A stretch of DNA of 64,000 bases from Alphaproteobacteria bacterium (GTDB lineage Bacteria; Pseudomonadota; Alphaproteobacteria; SMXQ01): NCBI GenBank assembly GCA_033720855.1, contig JAWWBR010000002.1:972-64971 (forward strand), in the 5' to 3' direction. Positions 55,609 through 64,000 of the stretch are shown here, piece after piece. The notes below the pieces were generated by a model that was not told the DNA's origin, did no database searches, and was given only the letters and a program-made list of their open reading frames with translations. Position 1 is the first letter of the stretch. Each line of letters starts with the position of its first letter. The position numbers were made by a program, and so were the translations under genes.

Positions 55609-56607
55609 TCAGGTGCCGGTGCGCGGAATGGCGCTGCCGCCCGACGGACTGCCGCCACCGCCACCCGTCCCACCGCCGGGCCCGGTGCGGGGCAGGGCGT
55701 CTCGGGCAATCTCGGCGATGCCGGCGATGGAGCCGATGACGCTGGAGGCCTCCAGGGGCATCATGATGAGCTTCTGGTTGTTGGACGAGGCGATATCCTT
55801 CAGCGCCTCGACGTAGCGCTGGGCGACGAAGTAGTTGATCGCCTGCACATCGCCGGAGGCGATCGCCTCGGACACCATATTGGTGGCCCGGGCCTCGGCC
55901 TCCGCCTCGCGTTCGCGCGCCTCGGCATCGCGGAAGGCGGCCTCGCGGCGCCCCTCGGCTTCCAGAATGGCAGATTGCTTTTCGCCCTCGGCCTTGAGGA
56001 TCTGCGCCTGGCGCTCGCCCTCTGCGGTAAGGATCTCGGCCCGCTTGTCGCGCTCCGCCTTCATCTGCCGGGCCATCGCATCGACCAATTCGGCCGGGGG
56101 TGAAATGTCCTTGATCTCGATCCGCGTCACCTTGACGCCCCAGGGCGTCGTCGCCTCGTCGACCACGGTCAGCAGCTGCGCGTTGATGCGGTCGCGCTGG
56201 GACAGCAGTTCGTCGAGGTCCATCGATCCCATCACCGTCCGGATGTTGGTGGTTGTGAGGTTGAGGATGGCAAGCTGCAACTGACGCACCTCGTAGGCGG
56301 CGCTGGCCGCATCGACGACCTGGTAGAAAACCACGCCGTCCACCGCGACCATGGCATTGTCCCTGGTGATGACCTCCTGGTTGGGGACATCGAGCACCTG
56401 CTCCATCATGTTGAGCTTGGCACCGACCCGGTCGATCATCGGAACGATCAGGTGAAGCCCCGGCCGAAGGGTGTGGGTATAGCGGCCGAAACGCTCGATG
56501 GTGTACTCGAAGCCCTGGGGCACGGTCTTGACGCCGAGGAAAATGACGACGATGGCCAGGCCAAGGAAACCAATCACGAAAATGGTGAACGGCGTTATCA
56601 AAGCCAT
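55609..56607 (-). CDS. SPFH/Band-7 (stomatin-like, QmcA-type) protein.
   Basis: Part of ORF 55609..56817 on the - strand. The start is likely [13 protein letters not shown] (codon 56605-56607) with a GGAGG RBS. It has an N-terminal TM, an SPFH core, a coiled-coil EAEAR region and a Gly-rich tail. Confidence 0.85.
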   Translation of the reverse strand: MALITPFTIFVIGFLGLAIVVIFLGVKTVPQGFEYTIERFGRYTHTLRPGLHLIVPMIDRVGAKLNMMEQVLDVPNQEVITRDNAMVAVDGVVFYQVVDAASAAYEVRQLQLAILNLTTTNIRTVMGSMDLDELLSQRDRINAQLLTVVDEATTPWGVKVTRIEIKDISPPAELVDAMARQMKAERDKRAEILTAEGERQAQILKAEGEKQSAILEAEGRREAAFRDAEAREREAEAEARATNMVSEAIASGDVQAINYFVAQRYVEALKDIASSNNQKLIMMPLEASSVIGSIAGIAEIARDALPRTGPGGGTGGGGGSPSGGSAIPRTGT

Positions 56608-56895
56608 GATGAACCTCCGGTATGTGCGTCGTGAGACGCCGACGCTGGACCACCGGCCGGTACATTGCGCGACGGTCAAAGGAAGCAGAAAAGCGACTGA
56701 AACGCCGTTCCAACTACTCAAAAAGTATAAAAATTCTCTAAAGGACGAAATACATGCGAAAGGCAGGCGAGGGCACATCGAAATAGGCATTTTCAATTCT
56801 GTTTTTAATACTCGCAAAATTTGTTTTGCATTTTATCCATATGTCGCGGGAAATGCCTATAATGCGTCCGCCATCCGTCAACGGCCATCGGGATT

Positions 56896-58269
56896 ATGAT
56901 CGTGTCGAGCCCACCGGAACACCACAGCCCCCAAGAACCGGTCCTTGAACCGGAATTGGAACCCTCCGCCAGACGAGAAACAGAATCGTGGGATATCCCG
57001 CTGGAAGAGGGCGCCTTGGTGGCCACCCGAATCCCGCGGCCCGACGCGCGCAACAGCCCGCGCTTGGAAATGTACGCCCGCCTTCTGGCGGCGCTCGGCG
57101 CACTGTTCCTTCTCGGCGCCGTTTTGATGTGGATGTTCCTCGCCGATCCCGGTGTCGTCTCCCGGCTCTTCTTCGGCGGCGGCACCGTCACCAGCATCGG
57201 CGTGCTCAAACTCGGCGGTGCGTTCACCATTGGCGCCGTGCTTCTCGGCCTGATCCTTCATCCCGTCATGCGCGCCCTGATCCTGTCCAAGGTCGCGCCG
57301 CGAACCCTCGATGCCGGACAGCGCGCCGCCATCGAAATGGTGCCGAGCCCGATGTTCTTCGTCAATGCCGAGGCACGCATCGAAGAGGTGAATTCGGCCT
57401 TCGCCAAGGCCATGGGCCGTTCCGTGAACACCATCATCGGCCGCAGCCTGTATGACCTGATTCCCAAGGACCAGCAGGAGGAGGCCTACAAGGCATTCCT
57501 CAAAGCGACCTCCGGCGAAGAGGACAGGTTCCTCTGCATGTTCAACACGCGGCACGGCCCACGCACGTTTCAGATCCAGGCCGAGCCCTACCAGGGACAC
57601 AATGCCGATACGCGCTATCTCGTCGGGACCGCCATCGACGTCACCGAGGAAGTGGATGCGGCAGACGCCCTGCAGTCGCAGTACCGCAACCTGCGCACCG
57701 CCACCGCCCAGACGCTCGAAGAGATGGCGCACGTCGTGGAGATCCGCGATCCCTACCTGCACGGCCACCACGCCCGTGTGACCAAGCTGGTGGGCGCGAT
57801 CTGCGACGAGCTCAAACTTCCGGCCGAGGAGAAAGAGGGCATCGAAGTCGCGGCCCGCGCCCATGACATCGGGACCATCCAGATCCCCTTCGAGATCCAG
57901 ATCAAGCCCGGTCAGTTGAGCGAGGCGGAATGCGCCATCGTCGAGCTGCACGCCCAGGCGGGCGCCGACATCCTGGCGCGGGTCGATTTCCCCTGGCCGG
58001 TGGCCAAGATCGTCGCCCAGCACCATGAATTCTTCGACGGCACGGGCTACCCCAACGGCATCAAAGGCAAAGACATCCTGATCGGCGCCCGCATTCTCGC
58101 CGTCGCCGATGCCTACGATGCCTTGACCTCGCAGCGCCCCTACCGCGCCGCCATCAGCCGGGGCGAGGCGCTGCAACGCCTGATGACCCTATCGGGAACC
58201 CATTACGACCCGCGGGTGGTCACGGCCTTGACCACCATTCTGCAGAAGACCACATCGGAACTCCGCTGA
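56896..58269 (+). CDS. HD-GYP domain c-di-GMP phosphodiesterase with an N-terminal TM region and a PAS-like sensor.
   Basis: ORF 56896..58269. HD motifs are HHARVTKL ... HDIG ... HHEFFDGTGYP ... DAYDALTS. Confidence 0.8.
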   Translation: MIVSSPPEHHSPQEPVLEPELEPSARRETESWDIPLEEGALVATRIPRPDARNSPRLEMYARLLAALGALFLLGAVLMWMFLADPGVVSRLFFGGGTVTSIGVLKLGGAFTIGAVLLGLILHPVMRALILSKVAPRTLDAGQRAAIEMVPSPMFFVNAEARIEEVNSAFAKAMGRSVNTIIGRSLYDLIPKDQQEEAYKAFLKATSGEEDRFLCMFNTRHGPRTFQIQAEPYQGHNADTRYLVGTAIDVTEEVDAADALQSQYRNLRTATAQTLEEMAHVVEIRDPYLHGHHARVTKLVGAICDELKLPAEEKEGIEVAARAHDIGTIQIPFEIQIKPGQLSEAECAIVELHAQAGADILARVDFPWPVAKIVAQHHEFFDGTGYPNGIKGKDILIGARILAVADAYDALTSQRPYRAAISRGEALQRLMTLSGTHYDPRVVTALTTILQKTTSELR

Positions 58270-58354
58270 GGCCACGGCATGACCTGACGGACGGCCTGCC
58301 GCAAGATCGGCGCGCCCCAAGGCGGCCCGCGGCGCGGCAGGCGCGGGGTATCCG

Positions 58355-60352
58355 CTAGCGTCCGAACAGGCCTTTCAGTCCTTCTTCGATCGGCGATGAG
58401 GACGGTTTTTCCGTCGGCTGCGTGGTGGTGCCCGACCCGGAGGATCCACCGCCCATCCCCGGAATCAGCCCCTTGACGCCCTCCAGCGCCTTTTCCGGCT
58501 GCTTGGCGATGCCGCCGAGCGCCGCGCCGAGATCCGGCGTGTAGCTGATGTCGTGCCAGGGCCCCTTGACGTTCACCGGCACCGAAATGCCGGTCGCCGA
58601 GGCGGCGCCGCCCTGTCCCGTGGCCGTCGCCACGAGTTTCGGCTCGACCCGGTAATCGATCGTGCGCTTGGGCAAGTCCACGGTCCCCTTGCCGGTCAGC
58701 CTCAGCAGCGGCGACTTCAACAAGAGATCGTTGTTGGTCAGGATCCCCCGCCGGATGACGAAGGTCCCGCCCATCTCAGAGAAGTCCGTCTTCTGGGTTT
58801 CCCGCGCGCTGGAATCGAGGAATGCGCTCTTCACGTTCCGCACCATGGCGCCCAGGTTGACCCCCTTGATGGCGCCATCCCGGAAGGTGACCTTGCCGTT
58901 GCCGGCGAGGGCCTCGATCATCTGGCGCTGGCTGCGGCCCTGGGTGTTGATACTGACGTCGGCATCGGCGGCCCCTTCGATGCGATCGAAATTCATGGCA
59001 TCGCGCATGAACGGATTGGCCTGGAATTTGGTCAGGGTCGAGGTCAGGGTCACCGAGGGCACGGCACTGCCACCCCGGGTCGTGACCTTGGCCTTACCGA
59101 CGCCGCCGTAGAGCGCCATCTTGGAAAGGTCGGTGACCAACGTGCCGTTGTTCAGGGTCACCTTGAGGACCGATTCGCCGATCTTGATCTTGCGCATGAC
59201 GATACCGGCGACCGTGAGGTCCAGGGCCGCATTCATCGCGTCGAGGGCCTTCAGATCGATGGGATCGTCGCTCCAGTCGCCGGGGCCCTGCTGTGCCGTC
59301 CCGGATTTGGCCGGTGCCGCCTGTTCGGGCGGCAAGTAGGGGTTAAGGTCGAGCTCGCCCAGTTTCAGCGCCGCGGTGATCAGCGGCTTGCGGCCGCGCT
59401 GGTCGAACGCCAGGCTGCCCTCGCCCGCGATCGCATCGAGGCTGAGCTTGGCATTGCGAAAGGCCGTCACCTTGCCCTTCATGTCGAGGTCGCCGGAAAT
59501 CTTGAGCGGCCCCAGGCCGGTGCCCGGCGCGTTCAATGGCGACCCTGCCCAGGCCGCGAGCTTGCGCACCGAGGGAACCGCGAGGTCGATGCGCCCGGCG
59601 ACGGCGACCGCCGGGCCCGTGGACGCCTTGCCCTTGAAGGACAACCCCACCGGCGCCGACTTGAGAGAGATATCGACACCGGTGCTGCGCCCGGCAAGGG
59701 CCGCGTTGGGATCGGAGAGCACCGCGGTCAGGGTCAGCTGTTCCTTGTTCCACACCACCGACCCTTCGGCGCGCATGGGACTGGAGAGGGAGGGGAGGGC
59801 GACCTTGAGATTGATGTCGTCGACGCTATGGGCGGCGCCGGTCTTCATATCGAGATAGCTGATGCGGCCGTCGACCAGACGTACGTCGCCGAGCTTCAGT
59901 CCGCCGAGACCGGGCCCGCCCGCCGCCGCGCCGGCCTCGGGCTTGGCCGCGCCCGGTTTGGCGCCGGTGCCGAAATCCCAGTTGCCGCGCCCTTGCCGGT
60001 CGACCTCGAGGTTGATGACCGGCTTCTCCGCGACCAGGGCATCGACCTCCAGGTTGCCGCCCAGCAGCGGGAAGATGCCGACCTTCACCGTCAGCCGGTC
60101 CAGGGTCATCATGTTCTCGGCCTTGCCGCCCTTGGCATTGCCGAGCGATACCTTGCCGGCGACGAATTCGGCGCGCGGCAGGACGGAAAGCTTGAAATCG
60201 CCGTCGATTCGCGCCTTGCGCCCGGTGGCCTGCTCGATGCCGGCGACGATCTCGCGCTTGTAGACCTCGACCGGGATGAAGGCGGGCACGATCAGGGCGG
60301 CCGCGATCACCAGAACGACCAGCACCCCAAGACCGATGAGAACCTTTTTCAT
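58355..60352 (-). CDS. AsmA-family protein.
   Basis: ORF 58355..60394 on the - strand. The start is likely MKKVLIGLGV (codon 60350-60352) with a GGGGAGAG RBS. It has an N-terminal TM anchor and the AsmA-like repetitive beta-rich body. Confidence 0.8.
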   Translation of the reverse strand: MKKVLIGLGVLVVLVIAAALIVPAFIPVEVYKREIVAGIEQATGRKARIDGDFKLSVLPRAEFVAGKVSLGNAKGGKAENMMTLDRLTVKVGIFPLLGGNLEVDALVAEKPVINLEVDRQGRGNWDFGTGAKPGAAKPEAGAAAGGPGLGGLKLGDVRLVDGRISYLDMKTGAAHSVDDINLKVALPSLSSPMRAEGSVVWNKEQLTLTAVLSDPNAALAGRSTGVDISLKSAPVGLSFKGKASTGPAVAVAGRIDLAVPSVRKLAAWAGSPLNAPGTGLGPLKISGDLDMKGKVTAFRNAKLSLDAIAGEGSLAFDQRGRKPLITAALKLGELDLNPYLPPEQAAPAKSGTAQQGPGDWSDDPIDLKALDAMNAALDLTVAGIVMRKIKIGESVLKVTLNNGTLVTDLSKMALYGGVGKAKVTTRGGSAVPSVTLTSTLTKFQANPFMRDAMNFDRIEGAADADVSINTQGRSQRQMIEALAGNGKVTFRDGAIKGVNLGAMVRNVKSAFLDSSARETQKTDFSEMGGTFVIRRGILTNNDLLLKSPLLRLTGKGTVDLPKRTIDYRVEPKLVATATGQGGAASATGISVPVNVKGPWHDISYTPDLGAALGGIAKQPEKALEGVKGLIPGMGGGSSGSGTTTQPTEKPSSSPIEEGLKGLFGR

Positions 60353-60446
60353 GACACTCTCCCCTGTTCGGGCACCCCGTGCTCGATGCCGCATCGCGTT
60401 GCAATACTACTATATGTATGCGCCCGACCCTAAGGTTGAAAGGGCC

Positions 60447-60782
60447 TCAATCGTCGAACCAGGTCCGCTGCCAGGGAATCACCTTGATGCTGCGCTGGCC
60501 CTCGCGGCAATAGGGCTCGGTCTGCGCCAACGCCTCGGCCTCGGCCAGGCTGCCGCCGCGGACGACGATGAAGCCGCCGGCCTGGCGTCCGCCGTCGGTA
60601 AAGCGCCGTCCTTCCGAATCCCTGGCCGACCCGGCGCCCATCAGTCGCCCCTCGTCCTTGAGATTCTGAATGAAGGCCGTGTGCTGTTTGGCGAGCTCGT
60701 CATCGCTGAGCGACGTCGGCGGCGGATCGGTCTCCATCGCCGACAACAAGACGTAGAGCTGATCGACCAGCCGCTCGTTCAT
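60447..60782 (-). CDS. YciI-like (dimeric alpha/beta-barrel) family protein.
   Basis: Part of ORF 60447..61151 on the - strand. The start is MNERLVDQLYVLL (codon 60780-60782) with an AGGGAGGG RBS. It forms an ATGA overlap with the upstream amidohydrolase stop. Confidence 0.7.
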   Translation of the reverse strand: MNERLVDQLYVLLSAMETDPPPTSLSDDELAKQHTAFIQNLKDEGRLMGAGSARDSEGRRFTDGGRQAGGFIVVRGGSLAEAEALAQTEPYCREGQRSIKVIPWQRTWFDD

Positions 60783-62260
60783 GGCGATTTCCCTCCCTGG
60801 CCCAGGACCTTGGCCGCGGCATCCTCGACCGCGGTGCCCTTGAAGAAGTCGGGATTGACCTCTCCGTGCAGCCGCACGATGTTGGCGAAGGTGAAATCGC
60901 GGAAGTCGTTGTCGTCGATCAGGCCCTTGTCGACGAGACTGTGAGCCTGGACCAAGGTTTCGGTCATGTCGGGCACGTCCCAATGGGACACGTCGGAAGA
61001 GAACATGGCCGCCAGCCGCGCTTCCTCGTGGTTGAGCTCCGAATTGAACGCCATCGCCACGGTCCGGTCGTCGGCCTCGCAGCCGAAGAAGAACTTGGGC
61101 ACGAACAGATCGTAGATGTCCTCTTCCTTCTCGATCTCGCAGGCGGCCCAATCGTTCATGAAGTCGTAATCCTCGACATTGAACCCGGGCCGTGCGCCCA
61201 TCATCTTGTCGTCGTGGTCCTTGAAATTGTCTAGATAGGGCGCGTAGGCGTCGCCGCCGTACTCGGCGACCAGCTCACGCAGCAGATCGCGGTCGATCTG
61301 CGCCGGATCGAGGTTTTCCTTGAGGGCAGCGATGTTGCGCTTTTCCCAATGCTCGAACAGGTCGTTGTAGAGCATCACCGCCCAGGCGACGCCGCCCTCG
61401 AGGAAGCCGAAGCGCAGTTCGGGGAAACGGCGGGTGACGCCACCCAGGAACAGCGCCTTGCAGGAGGCGTCGTTGGCCGCGGCGAAGGAGCCGAGATGGT
61501 TGTAGACGTAGTTGGTGGTCGAGCGCCGCGCTCCCCAGCCCTGGCCGCCGACGTGACAGGTCGGCGCCACCTTGAGGTCGACGCATTTCTGCCACATCGG
61601 ATCGTAATCGTAGGGGCTGTCGAGGGCCAGCGGGTCGATCCAGGAGACGTACTGGGAGACGTGCGGTGCCTCGCGCTCGACGATCGGGATCGGCCGGTAA
61701 TTGAGATCGGTCAGCTGAATCGCCTTCAGGCCCAATTCGTTGACCGAATACTCCAGTTCCTCGATGGCCTCCTCGGGGGTCCAGGTGGGAATCACCGCCG
61801 CCGGCGTCATGCGGTCGGCGTAGGGTGCGAACAGGTCCCTGTTCATGGTGTTGACGGCGCGGCAGCCGGCGCGTCGCAGCTCCTCGTCGCGGGTGTTCGC
61901 GAAGAAGAATTGCGACGAATAGACCACGGCGAAATCGATCCCCATGTCGTCGAGGCGCGCGCGGAACAAGTTCGGCAACATCGCGGTGGCGAGGTCGAGG
62001 GTGTTTTTCGAGGGCATCGTCCAGAACGGCGGCCGACGGGTCTGCTTGTCGAAACGTTCCTCGGGCGTTTGCTTCTGCCAGCTGCCGCCGCCAAAACGCA
62101 CCTCGCGGTAGTGGGCGACCAGATCGGGGCCTCCCGCATCCTTGAGGTAGTCGAGCAGAATCGGGTGGTATTCCTGGGTGTGTCCGTCGCCATCGACGAC
62201 CGGATGGTCGAGTTTCTGGCGCAGCTTGAGCGAACGGGACTCGGTCTGATCGAACGGCAT
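60779..62260 (-). CDS. Amidohydrolase_2 (PF04909; ACMSD/metal-dependent hydrolase-decarboxylase superfamily) protein.
   Basis: Part of ORF 60779..62905 on the - strand. The start is likely MPFDQTE (codon 62258-62260) with a GGGAGGA RBS. A TIM-barrel amidohydrolase-like HxH region is present. The upstream 215 codons of the ORF are low-complexity non-coding read-through. Confidence 0.7.
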   Translation of the reverse strand: MPFDQTESRSLKLRQKLDHPVVDGDGHTQEYHPILLDYLKDAGGPDLVAHYREVRFGGGSWQKQTPEERFDKQTRRPPFWTMPSKNTLDLATAMLPNLFRARLDDMGIDFAVVYSSQFFFANTRDEELRRAGCRAVNTMNRDLFAPYADRMTPAAVIPTWTPEEAIEELEYSVNELGLKAIQLTDLNYRPIPIVEREAPHVSQYVSWIDPLALDSPYDYDPMWQKCVDLKVAPTCHVGGQGWGARRSTTNYVYNHLGSFAAANDASCKALFLGGVTRRFPELRFGFLEGGVAWAVMLYNDLFEHWEKRNIAALKENLDPAQIDRDLLRELVAEYGGDAYAPYLDNFKDHDDKMMGARPGFNVEDYDFMNDWAACEIEKEEDIYDLFVPKFFFGCEADDRTVAMAFNSELNHEEARLAAMFSSDVSHWDVPDMTETLVQAHSLVDKGLIDDNDFRDFTFANIVRLHGEVNPDFFKGTAVEDAAAKVLGQGGKSP

Positions 62261-62497
62261 TTCATCCTCCCATGACGGCAACGGCAGATCCCGTGCGGCG
62301 GCCTCCATGGGATCGCCGCGCGTCTCGGAAAAGGGTACTCCTCGGGCCCGGTGGCGGCAAGGTCGATCCCGGAGGCCTGAGCGGGCCGCGATGCCGGCAT
62401 CGATTGCGCCGGCACGGCCATTGCCGGCGGCCTGGGCGCCTTGGCCATTGCGCCCGGCGCGCGGCTGTGGCACAAGGGCCGCAACACGGAGGCCCCC

Positions 62498-63535
62498 ATG
62501 ACCCGCCGTCGATTTTTGTTGTTCGTTCTCGTTGGCGCCCTGCTGGCAGCGCCGTCCGGGGCCGGTGCCGCCACGCCGATAGCCCAGGCGGACGGGTTCG
62601 CCGCCTGGCTCAAGCAGGTGTACCAGGAGGGCCTGGAGCGGGGCATTTCCAAGGCCACCCTGGATACCGCCCTGACCGGATTGACGCCGCTGGAGCGCGT
62701 GATCAAGCTGGACCGGCGCCAGCCCGAGTTCACCCAGACCTTCCGCGAATACATCAATCGACGGGTCAGCCCCTGGCGCGTCAGCACCGGACGCGAGCGC
62801 CTTGCCACCCATGGCACGGTGCTGAAGGCGGTCGGCCAACGCTTCGGCGTACAGCCCCGCTTCATCGTGGCGCTGTGGGGCATAGAGACCAATTTCGGCC
62901 GTCATACCGGCGGGTTTTCGGTGGTCCGCGCGCTGGCGACGCTGGCCTTCGACGGCCGCCGGTCAGCCTATTTCCGCAAGGAATTGTTCAACGCGCTGAC
63001 GATCATCGATCAAGGGCATATCGCCGCCGCCGACATGAAGGGCTCCTGGGCGGGCGCCATGGGCCAGAATCAGTTCATGCCCTCCAGTTTCCTGTCCTAC
63101 GCGATCGATTACGACGGCGACGGCCGGCGCGACATCTGGGGCACCCTCGAGGACGTCTTCGCCTCCGCGGCCAACTATCTGCGGCGCGCCGGCTGGCGCG
63201 CGGACCAGACCTGGGGCCGCGAGGTGACGCTGCCCGACGGCTTCGACCAGAGCCTCGCCGCCCTGATGCCGCAGGACAAGCCGCGAGGCTGCCGGGCGCT
63301 GCGCAAATTGACGGTGGCCAAGACGCTGCCCGAATGGCACGCCATGGGGCTGCGCCGGGCCGACGGAGGACCGCTTCCCACGCGTCCGCTCGAGGCCTCC
63401 TTGGTCCTGCCCGACGGGCCGGGCGGTCCGGCCCTCCTGGTCTACCAAAACTTTCGCGCGACCTTGCGCTGGAACTGTTCGGTCTCTTTCGCTGCCGCCG
63501 TGGGCATGCTGGCCGACGCGCTGGTGCGGCGCTAA
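62498..63535 (+). CDS. Lytic murein transglycosylase (MltB family).
   Basis: Part of ORF 62441..63535. The start is likely MTRRRFLLFVLVG (62498). The IVALWGIETNFG catalytic Glu region and the C-terminal PG-binding-like domain are present. Confidence 0.85.
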   Translation: MTRRRFLLFVLVGALLAAPSGAGAATPIAQADGFAAWLKQVYQEGLERGISKATLDTALTGLTPLERVIKLDRRQPEFTQTFREYINRRVSPWRVSTGRERLATHGTVLKAVGQRFGVQPRFIVALWGIETNFGRHTGGFSVVRALATLAFDGRRSAYFRKELFNALTIIDQGHIAAADMKGSWAGAMGQNQFMPSSFLSYAIDYDGDGRRDIWGTLEDVFASAANYLRRAGWRADQTWGREVTLPDGFDQSLAALMPQDKPRGCRALRKLTVAKTLPEWHAMGLRRADGGPLPTRPLEASLVLPDGPGGPALLVYQNFRATLRWNCSVSFAAAVGMLADALVRR

Positions 63536-63568
63536 TGGGCGGGCGGCCTGACCGTAAGGGGGAGACGG

Positions 63569-64000
63569 AAACGAGGTGATGGGAAGGTATCGACGATCTG
63601 GGGTGGCGGTGATCGTGCTCATGGCGCTCGGCAGTTGCTCGGAAACGCAACTGGTGGTCCACACGGCGAAAACCATCGCCCGCGACAGTTCGCCGCCGGC
63701 GCGCGGCGTCTACAAGATCGGCAAGCCCTATAAGATCGGCGGCGTCTGGTACTACCCCAACGTCGATTACAATTACCGGGAAACCGGCATAGCCTCCTGG
63801 TATGGTCCCAAATTCCATGGCAACGGGACCGCCAACGGCGAACGCTTCGACCAGAACGCCATCACCGCGGCGCACCGCACCCTTCCGTTGCCCAGCATGG
63901 TGCGGGTCACCAACCTGGAAAACGGCCGTGCCATTCGCGTGCGGGTCAACGATCGCGGCCCCTTCGCCCATGGCAGGATCATCGACCTTTCCCGGCGGGC
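63569..64000 (+). CDS. rlpA: Septal ring lytic transglycosylase RlpA (DPBB domain), 5' part. It continues beyond the window end.
   Basis: ATG 63569, or GTG 63566, after an AAGGGGGAG RBS. Motifs [16 protein letters not shown]...ASWYG..FHG..TANGE.F...[22 protein letters not shown] are present. The ORF is absent from the track because it is open-ended. Confidence 0.8.

Noticed and set aside
55541-56713. 390-aa minus ORF overlapping the SPFH gene in another frame
   Set aside because: It is Arg/Gly/Pro-rich. The SPFH frame is strongly family-like.
58553-60433. 626-aa plus ORF antisense to the AsmA-family gene
   Set aside because: It is an antisense shadow with no domains.
60779-62905. Full 708-aa extent of the amidohydrolase ORF
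   Set aside because: The N-terminal 215 codons are low-complexity (G/A/R-rich) and lack an RBS. A strong RBS plus the Met at 62260 gives a 493-aa amidohydrolase.
62272-63971. Frame-shifted or antisense ORFs (435, 364-overlapping, 237 and 298 aa) around the MltB gene
   Set aside because: The MltB frame (62498-63535) carries the catalytic motif. The others are low-complexity.
1-64000. CRISPR arrays, IS elements, integrases and prophage genes
   Set aside because: I saw no short regularly spaced direct repeats and no transposase, integrase or phage structural gene signatures anywhere in the window.

Overview
This is a GC-rich (about 65%) chromosomal segment that looks alphaproteobacterial, probably Rhodospirillales or Magnetospirillum-like. 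The evidence for that is abundant TTT/Bug transporters, TPR-sulfotransferase proteins, PAS-containing MCPs and the conserved recG-sdhE-mfd arrangement. I call about 55 protein-coding genes and one tRNA-Ser(TGA). No CRISPR array, transposase or integrase is recognisable.

Main blocks, in order:
- A signalling neighbourhood: a partial MCP, an OmpR-type response regulator and a hybrid histidine kinase with a fused periplasmic solute-binding-like domain.
- Housekeeping genes: CBS, YbaN, HspQ, DUF502, recG, sdhE, mfd and a DsbA-like gene.
- A large secreted repeat protein carrying 84-bp tandem repeats.
- A phosphorus-related accessory cluster: a phytase-like esterase, a PhnD-like binding protein with a histidine kinase, a divergent histidine acid phosphatase, and a VTC-domain/DUF4956 pair. 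An AT-rich control region with a perfect 16-bp palindrome lies upstream.
- A roughly 17-kb catabolic island: VOC, AmpS/NicX-like, M20 peptidase, tctABC, crotonase, CoA-transferase, SDR, FkbM methyltransferase, dienelactone hydrolase, MFS and FAH. It carries three TctC paralogs, two of which share an unusual Cys-containing C-terminal extension.
- An LVIVD-repeat protein followed by an Fe(III)/polyamine-type ABC transporter.
- A tRNA-Ser-adjacent accessory cluster: an outer-membrane beta-barrel, a secreted acidic protein, a membrane-anchored LuxR regulator and a TPR-sulfotransferase with a near-identical 102-bp internal duplication.
- An NfeD-SPFH pair with a divergent HD-GYP phosphodiesterase, then AsmA, a YciI/amidohydrolase pair, MltB and a partial RlpA.

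Many long ORFs on the opposite strand of, or frame-shifted relative to, real genes are GC-skew artefacts and were rejected. Internal start coordinates were reasoned from the ORF track and may be off by a few codons.
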